A stretch of 19,000 bases of DNA from Promethearchaeia archaeon (GTDB lineage Archaea; Asgardarchaeota; Lokiarchaeia; Sigyniarchaeales; SOKP01): contig JAHQWL010000082.1 of the NCBI GenBank assembly GCA_029856155.1, positions 1 to 19,000 on the forward strand. Reading direction: 5' to 3'. This document shows, in pieces, positions 1 through 8,005 of this stretch. The position numbers were made by a program, and so were the translations under genes. The notes under the pieces are model-generated. The model searched no databases. It worked only from the letters and a program-made list of their open reading frames with translations, and had not been told where the DNA came from. The first letter of the stretch is position 1. Each line of letters starts with the position of its first letter.

Positions 1-1
1 T

Positions 2-100
2 TGTACAGGGGGACTTTTTCAAGTAGTTTTTGCCACAGCAGAGGGAGCACGAGCAGGAATAAACGCATGTAAATATCTTCGGCAATTAAAGAAAGAATAG
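2..100 (+). CDS. 3' end of a thioredoxin reductase-like FAD-dependent oxidoreductase (partial, begins before the window)
   Basis: Not in the ORF track. Manual translation from nt 2 gives CTGGLFQVVFATAEGARAGINACKYLRQLKKE* (TAG 98-100). This aligns with the C-terminus of the next gene (VTGGIRQVATAVGEATTAAMNAYLYIK) and with the TrxB GD..Q...A...G..A motif. Confidence 0.8.
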   Translation, partial: CTGGLFQVVFATAEGARAGINACKYLRQLKKE

Positions 101-120
101 GTTAGCCAAATACAAAATTA

Positions 121-133
121 GAAAAAATTTATA
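121..133 (+). promoter_or_regulatory. Putative archaeal BRE-TATA promoter for trxB
   Basis: GAAAAAA-TTTATA: a purine-rich BRE followed by TTTATA, about 60 nt upstream of the TTG start at 194. Confidence 0.45.
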
Positions 134-193
134 CCATTTTTAGGATTACTATTAATATATTTAAATAAAGCTACAATATAATAGGGATTAAAA

Positions 194-1138
194 TTGTCTT
201 ATAAAAATGAATTCGATCTTATAATCATAGGGGGAGGACCTGCGGGATTAACAGCTGCAATTTATGGGGGAAGAATGGGTTTAAAAACTGCTCTCTATGA
301 AGGAAAAGGTTTTGGTGGTTTAGCAGGGACCGCTCCCAAGATTGAAAACTATCCAGGATTTAGTAGCATCAATGGCCTCGAATTAACAGAAATTATGAGA
401 GAACAAGCTGAAAATTGGGGGACTACTTTTTTCTTTAATGAAGTTTCAGCAATCAATCCAAAGGAAATGACAGTAACTACTTATGAAGGAGACACAAAAG
501 GTAGAGCAATAATAATTGCGACTGGGTCAAAACATCTATCACTTGGATTATCTAATGAGTTCGAATTAGTAGGTAATGGAATATCTTACTGTGCTACTTG
601 TGATGGTCCTTTATTTCGAGATCAAGTAGTTGCTACAGTTGGAGGAGGTAATGCCGCTGGTTTAGAGGTAATTTATCTTTCAGGTGTAGCAAAAAAGGTT
701 TATCTTATTCATAGACGACATTGTATGCGAGCAGAAGCATGTATTGTAGATGAAGTTGATTCAATACCCAATGTTGTACCAATGTATAATTGCACTATTG
801 AAGAAGCAATAACTAAAGATAACAAATTGGGACAGTTAAAAATTAAAAATCATAAAACTGGTGAAACTTCTAATATTGATGTGAAGGCTCTCTTCATAGC
901 AATTGGAGTCGAGCCACAGAGTGACTTAGCGAGAAAGGCAGGGATAGAACTTGATGAAGATAATTGTATTAAAGTCAACAGAGATCAAGAAACTAATTTT
1001 CCTGGAATATATGCAGCTGGAGATGTAACAGGTGGAATACGACAGGTCGCTACAGCAGTAGGGGAAGCAACAACAGCAGCAATGAATGCATATCTATATA
1101 TTAAACAAGGATGGTATGGAGAAGGATTAAAAAAATAA
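194..1138 (+). CDS. trxB: Thioredoxin-disulfide reductase
   Basis: FAD-binding IIGGGPAGLTAA, IENYPGF, ATG motif, redox centre SYCATCDG, NADPH-binding VGGGNAA and HRR..R, and C-terminal GIYAAGD. TTG start. Confidence 0.95.
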   Translation: MSYKNEFDLIIIGGGPAGLTAAIYGGRMGLKTALYEGKGFGGLAGTAPKIENYPGFSSINGLELTEIMREQAENWGTTFFFNEVSAINPKEMTVTTYEGDTKGRAIIIATGSKHLSLGLSNEFELVGNGISYCATCDGPLFRDQVVATVGGGNAAGLEVIYLSGVAKKVYLIHRRHCMRAEACIVDEVDSIPNVVPMYNCTIEEAITKDNKLGQLKIKNHKTGETSNIDVKALFIAIGVEPQSDLARKAGIELDEDNCIKVNRDQETNFPGIYAAGDVTGGIRQVATAVGEATTAAMNAYLYIKQGWYGEGLKK

Positions 1139-1232
1139 ATTGAATAAATCGCTTTCTGAAATAAATCATTCTATTTTATGTTACATAGATATTACAATAT
1201 ATTATGTATTATCACGATGATTTCCATATAAC

Positions 1233-2156
1233 ATGGAAAACTATAAAATTTCTGATTTTATAGAAGATTTCTTAATTGCGAAAGAAGTTGAAGAAGGTTG
1301 CGCTTCCTCCACTATTAAGGCATATCGTTATGATCTTCAAAAATTAATTGAACTAGTAGGGGATTTACAAATCAATTCTCCCCTACTACGTCAAAAAATA
1401 CGCTTATTCTTGAAAAAATTAAATGAATTGAACTATACCAAAAAAGGGATTGGAAGAAAAATTGCTTCATTGCGATCATATTTTAAATTTCTAACCTTAA
1501 ATGAGTTTATGGAAAAAGATCCTATGAGTACAATTAAAACACCGAAAATTAAACTTGAAGAAAGTCTGCCCAAATTTTTAAGAATTGCTGATATGCAAGT
1601 GATTTTTAATAAATTGAAAGATCGGGGATTATTCAACTCTCGCAAAAGTGAACGATATTATTTAATTATCAGGTTATTGTATTCGACGATGGCTAGAGTA
1701 AGTGAACTATGTAATATAAGAATTAGAGACATTGATTTTGAAAGAGGTTATATACGACTCCGGGGAAAAGGTAATAAAGAGAGAATCGTACCAGTTGATC
1801 AAAAAACATTAGACATTTTTAAGGAACATCTTAAAAATAGGATCAGTTATGATTCTGAAGATTATCTGTTAGTAAATACAAGGGACCAAAAATTAAGCCC
1901 TCGAGTCGTTCAAACTGATATTAAAACAATTAAAGAAAAATGTGGATTTACAGAGTCTAAAATTATAACTCCCCATGTTTTCAGACATACGGGGGCAACC
2001 CATCTACGACGTTCAGGTATGGATATTAGCGAATTACAAGATATTTTAGGTCATTCAAGTCCAAATACAACACGAATTTACGCTAAAAACGATATCACTA
2101 AATTAAAGGAATCTTATTCTCAGATGCATCCTCTAAACAATTTAGATAAATTATAG
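1233..2156 (+). CDS. xerA: XerA/XerC-D family tyrosine recombinase
   Basis: N-terminal core-binding domain (STIKAYRYDL, RKIASLRSYFKFL) and a complete catalytic set: R (MARVSEL), K (GKGNKER), HxxR (TPHVFRH), H (LGHSS), Y (TTRIY). 307 aa, typical Xer length. Confidence 0.9.
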   Translation: MENYKISDFIEDFLIAKEVEEGCASSTIKAYRYDLQKLIELVGDLQINSPLLRQKIRLFLKKLNELNYTKKGIGRKIASLRSYFKFLTLNEFMEKDPMSTIKTPKIKLEESLPKFLRIADMQVIFNKLKDRGLFNSRKSERYYLIIRLLYSTMARVSELCNIRIRDIDFERGYIRLRGKGNKERIVPVDQKTLDIFKEHLKNRISYDSEDYLLVNTRDQKLSPRVVQTDIKTIKEKCGFTESKIITPHVFRHTGATHLRRSGMDISELQDILGHSSPNTTRIYAKNDITKLKESYSQMHPLNNLDKL

Positions 2157-2208
2157 ATAAAGGTCTAATTTTTTAATTAATAAATTTTTTATAGAAAAAA
2201 CAAAATTT

Positions 2209-2236
2209 AACAAGTATAAGAAAATTTATACTTAAA
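2209..2236. other. Candidate dif-like Xer recombination site (11-6-11)
   Basis: AACAAGTATAA-GAAAAT-TTATACTTAAA: a perfect 8-bp inverted repeat (AAGTATAA/TTATACTT) around a 6-bp spacer, with the ATAA-N6-TTAT core of dif sites, about 50 nt downstream of xerA. It overlaps a possible BRE-TATA (GAAAATTTATA) for cdc6. Confidence 0.5.
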
Positions 2237-2291
2237 TTGTACTTTTATAACTTATACATCACAATTATATACCACGTTTTCTCGATTTACC

Positions 2292-3485
2292 ATGGATGAG
2301 GATGAATTCAGAAAGCAATTTATGAAAAAGTCGGTTTTTAGACAAGCGAGTTCTCTTGATTTAAGTTATGTACCAGAAAAATTATATTGTCGTGATGAAG
2401 CTTTAAAAACATTGATATTTAATTATAGGAGAATTATGGAGGAAAAAGAACAACTCTCTGTTAATTGCTTGATCTTAGGGAAAGGAGGAGTAGGAAAAAC
2501 ATGTACAGCGCGCTATTTTGGAAAAAATTTTAGAACTATAGCAATTGAAAATGATGTTAAATTATTTTTAGAATATTTTAATTGTATTAATTTTCGCTCT
2601 AAGAGTAAGATAATCAGAGAACTCCTCGCTAAATATCAGCATGGTAGCGGACGTGGTTTCTCGGACGACGAGGCTTTAAAATTAATTCTTTCGCAACTAA
2701 TTCGAGAAAAGGGTTATATGCTTTTAATTATTGATGAGATTCACCTTCTTAAACCAGATGAAGTACTTGCATTTTTGGACATTGCAGAAACATTTGGACA
2801 TCAAAATGCGAAATTGTCGCTATTGTTAATTTCCAGAAGTAAAGATTGGATGACAATTGAGAATGAGAGAATATTGAGTAGATTAAATGAAAAAATTCAA
2901 CTTAAACCTTATGATTTTGATGAATCAAAACAAATCTTGAAATATCGAAGTGAACTGGCGTTAAAAGAAAATGTAATCGACGAGGAACTTTTAATAATGG
3001 TTTCACAAATCGTAGTTGATCATAAAAATATGAGACATGGGATTGAAATTTTACGTAAAAGTGGATCTTATTGCGATAAAGAAGGACTTGATCGCATAAC
3101 TGCTGATATTATTAGAGAGGCGTCTAATGATGTTTATCCTACTTTTAGAAATGATATTGTAGATCAGTTAAAAGATCAAGAGCTCTTAGCCTTATATGGG
3201 ATTGTACGTTCATTAATTAATAACGACGAACCATTCACTTTAGTTGATGATGCATTTGAAGAATATAATGCTATATGTGAGAATTACTCTATTGAACCTC
3301 ATGTCAAAATGAGTTTTAGAAAATACGTACGTCAGCTTACTCAGCTAAAAATTATGGCTTCTAAAACAGTAAGAATCGAAGAGGCTACTCGTGGAAGACA
3401 TTTAGAGATAACTCTGTTAGATATCCCTACATTAAAATTAGCAGAATTGTTAGAAGATATTTTACAAAGGAAATTTAATTTTTAG
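2292..3485 (+). CDS. cdc6: Cdc6/Orc1 family replication initiator (AAA+ ATPase plus winged helix)
   Basis: N-terminal L...YVPEKLYCRD, Walker A GKGGVGKT, YFNC, Walker B LIIDEIH, Arg finger RILSRL, F.PY..E...IL..R-like box, sensor-2 NMRHGIEILR, and a C-terminal winged helix ending in RGR. Confidence 0.93.
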   Translation: MDEDEFRKQFMKKSVFRQASSLDLSYVPEKLYCRDEALKTLIFNYRRIMEEKEQLSVNCLILGKGGVGKTCTARYFGKNFRTIAIENDVKLFLEYFNCINFRSKSKIIRELLAKYQHGSGRGFSDDEALKLILSQLIREKGYMLLIIDEIHLLKPDEVLAFLDIAETFGHQNAKLSLLLISRSKDWMTIENERILSRLNEKIQLKPYDFDESKQILKYRSELALKENVIDEELLIMVSQIVVDHKNMRHGIEILRKSGSYCDKEGLDRITADIIREASNDVYPTFRNDIVDQLKDQELLALYGIVRSLINNDEPFTLVDDAFEEYNAICENYSIEPHVKMSFRKYVRQLTQLKIMASKTVRIEEATRGRHLEITLLDIPTLKLAELLEDILQRKFNF

Positions 3486-3581
3486 GTAATAGCTTAATGG
3501 CCTATAAAAATATGACTCTCTTTTTTCCTTAATTCTAAATAGAATTCTCTTATTTTGTGGAATTTCTTACTTATTTCTAAT

Positions 3582-3812
3582 TTAATAACTTTCTTTTTCA
3601 GATTTTGATTTACTATACCATTCAAGCCACTCTTTTCGTCGATTCTTTTTTTGTTGCATGTTATCATCCTCTGTAATATTTTCACTTCTTACTTTTTTCC
3701 AATATCCATCTAACTCATGTCTAGTTAATGAAAGTCCACATGATTGGCATACCATCTGTTTTATGGCTGAATGATATTTCATAAATCCTCCGCATTCGGG
3801 GCAGCGAGCCAT
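3582..3812 (-). CDS. Small zinc-ribbon protein of unknown function
   Basis: CPECGG...CQSCG Zn-ribbon followed by a charged helical tail with WLEWY. ATG preceded by GATGGT. Confidence 0.8.
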   Translation of the reverse strand: MARCPECGGFMKYHSAIKQMVCQSCGLSLTRHELDGYWKKVRSENITEDDNMQQKKNRRKEWLEWYSKSKSEKESY

Positions 3813-3969
3813 TAAAATACCATCTTATTCTAATTTATTATTTTCTGAGCTATTATTTTATTTATATATTATATTAATAGAATTAATTAGCGTTAAAATA
3901 TTTTTTGACTTGCTTATAAATTCTAATTATTTGCATGAATTAAATAGAACTTATTTAAAATAAAGGATA

Positions 3970-5193
3970 ATGAAATCAGACGTTTTTTATTTTACGGCTC
4001 GAACACACGTTCATGAGCAAAGTATGAGCAAATTTAAGGGTCCCTTAGCCTTGAGAAAAATTGGAATTGAGCAAAAGATTAAGAATGGTGATAAAATAGT
4101 AATTAAAACACATTTTGGCGCATTAGAAAACACAAGATACTTGCGTCCAGGCTATATACGATTCTTATGTGATTATGTTAAAGATCTAGGTGGGATTCCA
4201 TCAGTGGCAGAATCTTGTGGGTGGGGTATACCTGAAAGTGTTTCAGGGGTCCATACAGAATACTCTGGTCGATCAAGTGAAGCAGAATATTTAGAAACAG
4301 CTCTAAAGCATGGATTTACAAAAGAAACTATGGGGGCTCCAATTCTGATGTTAGATGGAAAAGTTGGAGCGGATATTGAAATTCAAAAAATTGATGGAAA
4401 GATATTTAATGAAGTTTTAGTGGCAGGACGTTTAAGAGAATTTGATTATATGATATTAGCATCGCATTTTAAAGGCCATGCTGACGGAGGTTTTGGAGGG
4501 TCAATAAAAAATTTGGGAATAGGGTGCGTTTCAAAGGGTGGAAAAGTTGAAGCCCATACAGGAAAAACTTTTGAGATTGATTTTGATAACTGTAATCCAG
4601 AGTGTAAAAGCTGTATCAATATATGCCCTACCAACGCATTATCTAAAGATAAAGACAATAAATTAGTTTTTAATGAAGAAAAATGTAAATTTTGTTACAT
4701 GTGTGCTTCGGTATGTAAAGATAAAGTTATTAATATCGGTAGTGTTCCTCGTGATGTTTTCGCTACACAGATGGTTGATAATGCCAAGGGAGTAGTTGAA
4801 TATTTTGGAAAGGATAAAATTTTTTATATTAATTATGCAATAGATATTACCTACCAGTGCGACTGTACAGGAGGCTCAGACATCCCATTTGTTCCAGATA
4901 TTGGAGTTTTAGCATCTTTAGATCCCGTTGCTTTGGATCAAGCAACTATAGATCTTATACATAAATCTTCGATTAGCCCTCATTCTGTTCTTTCTGATGT
5001 AGAGGGTATCCCAACCCTAGGCCCTCATGAATGGTTTTCTCATACTCCTCGGTTTGACCCTGAGAGCGGAGAAATGGATTTTAGTGGGAAAGAATCAAGG
5101 CACTGGGAATTACAATTAAAGTTAGCTGAAGAAATTGGCCTAGGAACAAGAAATTACAATTTAATTGAAGTGAAAATTGAAAAAAATAAATAA
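3970..5193 (+). CDS. DUF362 family Fe-S protein with inserted 2x[4Fe-4S] ferredoxin domain
   Basis: IKTHFG, SHFKGH, GGSIKNLGIGC, CDC and ASLDPVALDQA motifs. Ferredoxin motifs CNPECKSCINICP and CKFCYMCASVC. Confidence 0.88.
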   Translation: MKSDVFYFTARTHVHEQSMSKFKGPLALRKIGIEQKIKNGDKIVIKTHFGALENTRYLRPGYIRFLCDYVKDLGGIPSVAESCGWGIPESVSGVHTEYSGRSSEAEYLETALKHGFTKETMGAPILMLDGKVGADIEIQKIDGKIFNEVLVAGRLREFDYMILASHFKGHADGGFGGSIKNLGIGCVSKGGKVEAHTGKTFEIDFDNCNPECKSCINICPTNALSKDKDNKLVFNEEKCKFCYMCASVCKDKVINIGSVPRDVFATQMVDNAKGVVEYFGKDKIFYINYAIDITYQCDCTGGSDIPFVPDIGVLASLDPVALDQATIDLIHKSSISPHSVLSDVEGIPTLGPHEWFSHTPRFDPESGEMDFSGKESRHWELQLKLAEEIGLGTRNYNLIEVKIEKNK

Positions 5194-5206
5194 AAATTCT
5201 ATTTTT

Positions 5207-6547
5207 TTATAGTGAAACAGCTAAATTGTTAAAAACCATATAAGGAAAAAAAGTATTCTCAAAATATTCTCGTTCTTTAGAAATATATTGGCAATCTTTG
5301 ATCATTTTGAGCACATTTCCGCTAATATTCCCGAGTTTGATGGGATTTTCATATTCACCATTTTTGATATAGTACCCATTTCTTATTTCTGCTCCAAAAT
5401 CCCCTGTTAGTTTACTTGGATTCAACCAAGAAAATTGTTCAATATAATAACCTTCATTTATTTCTGATATAATATCATCTAAATTCATAGTTCCAGGTAG
5501 AATCTCCAAATTACTTATTCCATTATCAACAGCGCCCATCAAAGTTCTCATTCCGTTTCCAGTTGAGCTTTGATTAGCGAGAAGCGCAAATTTTTGATCA
5601 TAAAGTCTTTTCTGGAAAATTCCATCCTTAATTATTTCAGTTCTTTGATGTGGTGATCCTTCACTATCCCACTTATTAGTTTTTAAACCTCCTTCCAATA
5701 ACCCATTATCAATGAGAGAGAGATTGTTAGTAGCAACCTCTTCATCGGTTTCAAATCTAGAGAGATTTTGAAGATATGCACTCCCAGAAGCGTGTCTTTC
5801 TATTACGGAATTGAGGGCATCTTTTAATACTCGTGGCGAAAAAATCACAGTTGCATAATTATTCTGTAGTGGAACTTTAGCTTTTAAGGAATCTTGAGCT
5901 AATCTAACCCATTTTTCTACTCTTTTTGAAAAATCTAATTGATTTTTTTCTTTAATAAATAAATACGGCCAATATTCTGATAATTTCCCTTTTAATTGAG
6001 CCTTTAATGAGAATTCTATAAAAAAATAAGTCTTTAGAGTGCTAATATCAAGAGCATTACTATTCCTTAAAGAGATTTTATCGATATGAACCCGGAACCG
6101 TCCAAAAGTAGGGTCAACTTCTTTATATTGGTTTATCTCAGAAATTAATTCTTCTACTAAATCATTTTTAATATCAAGGGGAGCCTGAAATACTTTTTTA
6201 TCTAAGATTGATATATCTGGATAAGAAACCTCACCAGGAAAGTGAAATTTTGACCCCAAATTATTTTTTGCAATTAAAACGCATGTATTTATGCTTTTCT
6301 CAATTTCGTTTATATTAAGAGAATTTCCTTTAATAACTCCAATTCCCGTTTTGTCTTTTTTATGAAAGAGAATTCGCAAGATATATTTTAAATCATTCAG
6401 TTCTCTTTCATTATCAACCGTATCCTTCAATAAAATAGACTCATATGCTGTTCCTTCAACAAGGAAAATCTCATAATCTTTAACACCCTTAGATTTCATT
6501 AGGTTTTCTATTACATCTAAATTTTGTTTAGACATATTTAATTTCAC
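5207..6547 (-). CDS. pmbA: TldE/PmbA family protein (non-catalytic partner of TldD)
   Basis: WDSEGSP...IIKDG, STGNG, NLEILPG, G.FGAEI..GYYIKNGE...PIK..NISGN motifs; lacks HExxGH. Abuts tldD (GTGA overlap). The true start may be ATG at 6535, preceded by GGGGTGA. Confidence 0.9.
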   Translation of the reverse strand: MKLNMSKQNLDVIENLMKSKGVKDYEIFLVEGTAYESILLKDTVDNERELNDLKYILRILFHKKDKTGIGVIKGNSLNINEIEKSINTCVLIAKNNLGSKFHFPGEVSYPDISILDKKVFQAPLDIKNDLVEELISEINQYKEVDPTFGRFRVHIDKISLRNSNALDISTLKTYFFIEFSLKAQLKGKLSEYWPYLFIKEKNQLDFSKRVEKWVRLAQDSLKAKVPLQNNYATVIFSPRVLKDALNSVIERHASGSAYLQNLSRFETDEEVATNNLSLIDNGLLEGGLKTNKWDSEGSPHQRTEIIKDGIFQKRLYDQKFALLANQSSTGNGMRTLMGAVDNGISNLEILPGTMNLDDIISEINEGYYIEQFSWLNPSKLTGDFGAEIRNGYYIKNGEYENPIKLGNISGNVLKMIKDCQYISKEREYFENTFFPYMVFNNLAVSL

Positions 6548-7926
6548 CCCGGACTAATTAAAACTTCTTTACATCTAACATAGCTACCGCCATCACTAAC
6601 AGGAACATTATCAGCATTACCCTTTCCACATGTGCCTCCATGCAATTCTGTAGGTTCTTTACTTATTGCATCTATGTTCTGTAAGACCTCCAAAACAAGT
6701 CCACTTAGAGTTATTGCCCTTAATATTTGTGTTTTTTCGCCATTTTCTATTAGATAGCCTTTCTTAGATGTGACCTGTAGAGCCCCTCCTATGGGATCTT
6801 CCATGCCGAAATATGAGTGATTACACATTATCCCCTCTTTAATTTCTGCTATCATTTCTTCTAGATCATAGTCTGCGGGTTCAAAATATGTATTTGACAT
6901 CCTTGGATGAATAACGTGAGCATAACTTTCCCTTCTTCCATTTCCTTGTGGAGCCCCATTTAATACTGAGGCACTTCTTCGATCATAAATGAAATTTTTT
7001 AAAATACCATTTTCAACCAATATGTTTTTGCCTGCTTTTATACCCTCATCATCAAAGTAATAAGATCCTATTTGATTTTCAAGGTTTGGGGTATCACATA
7101 TTACACATATTTCTGAAGCAACTTTTTTATTCAATTTTTCTTTTAAATAACTCCTTCCTCTTAAAACTTGATCAGCTTCTAATCCATGACCAAAACTTTC
7201 ATGAGCAATAGTTCCAGCCATTCCTGGATCTACTATGACGGGAAATTTACCTGCTGGTGGTTTTTTAGCTTTTAACATTTCTAGAGAATTAGTTGCTATT
7301 TGTTCTAACTTACTATCAGACAATTCATCAAAAAGTTCAAATCCCGCTTCACCTTCAATTATAAAATGATCAAAATCAACTTTTATACCTTCTTTAACTA
7401 TCGGAAAAATAAAGAATCTTAATCTTGGTATCACTTGTCTTAATTGACTTCCCTCATTATTTACGAAAATACGCGTAATTTGGGTTTCCAAATATTTTAA
7501 TTGACACATTGCAATTCTCTTATCATAATTTTGAACAAAGTTGAAAATGTGTCTAATTTTTTTTAATTTTTCCTCAATAGGGACTTCTTGTGGATCGATT
7601 TTAGTTTTGAGTTCTTTATTTAATGTCCATCCTTTAAATTCAGCAATTTCTTCCCCTTTATTAACGACTTTAGGTAATTTTTCTTCAATAGTACTCAGAT
7701 TAGAAAAATCAGTAAGTGCAATTTCCTTCCAGGTGCCATCAAAGGTTCTTGCAACAACACCAGAAGTCTTTGAAATGACTGAAATATCCTCCGTAGAGGG
7801 ATCTATATTTATGTATAAAGCCGATAAAGAATCATACAAAATGTCAAAATATTGGTTATTACGATTAAAGCTGTTTGAAACCTCTTCAAAAGATGCAAAG
7901 ATTTGACTATAAGATTGATCAATCAT
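6544..7926 (-). CDS. tldD: TldD metalloprotease subunit
   Basis: HESFGHGLEAD metal-binding motif, FDDEG, GNGRRESY..PRMSNT, and C-terminal CGKG...VPVSDGG. Confidence 0.93.
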   Translation of the reverse strand: MIDQSYSQIFASFEEVSNSFNRNNQYFDILYDSLSALYINIDPSTEDISVISKTSGVVARTFDGTWKEIALTDFSNLSTIEEKLPKVVNKGEEIAEFKGWTLNKELKTKIDPQEVPIEEKLKKIRHIFNFVQNYDKRIAMCQLKYLETQITRIFVNNEGSQLRQVIPRLRFFIFPIVKEGIKVDFDHFIIEGEAGFELFDELSDSKLEQIATNSLEMLKAKKPPAGKFPVIVDPGMAGTIAHESFGHGLEADQVLRGRSYLKEKLNKKVASEICVICDTPNLENQIGSYYFDDEGIKAGKNILVENGILKNFIYDRRSASVLNGAPQGNGRRESYAHVIHPRMSNTYFEPADYDLEEMIAEIKEGIMCNHSYFGMEDPIGGALQVTSKKGYLIENGEKTQILRAITLSGLVLEVLQNIDAISKEPTELHGGTCGKGNADNVPVSDGGSYVRCKEVLISPG

Positions 7927-8005
7927 AAATGAAGAAAATTAATAATAGAATATTACTCTTTTTCTTTATTAAATGAAAATTAAAACTAGGTTTTAGCGTA
8001 CTAAT

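Noticed and set aside
1433-1645. 70-aa minus-strand ORF
   Set aside because: Fully antisense within xerA; no motifs.
2157-3581. Replication origin (ORB/mini-ORB repeats) flanking cdc6
   Set aside because: No TCCA..GAAA/G-string ORB repeats recognised. Only an isolated GTGGAA downstream, and the intergenic gaps are short.
3494-3685. 63-aa minus-strand ORF
   Set aside because: Overlaps the better-supported Zn-ribbon gene in another frame; Lys-rich translation of AT-rich DNA.
1233-3812. Provirus or integrative element
   Set aside because: No tRNA target, direct att repeats, or structural/conjugation genes seen; flanks are housekeeping genes.
4446-4658. 70-aa minus-strand ORF
   Set aside because: Antisense within the DUF362 gene.
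7541-7906. 121-aa plus-strand ORF
   Set aside because: Antisense within tldD; Ser/Phe-rich shadow composition.
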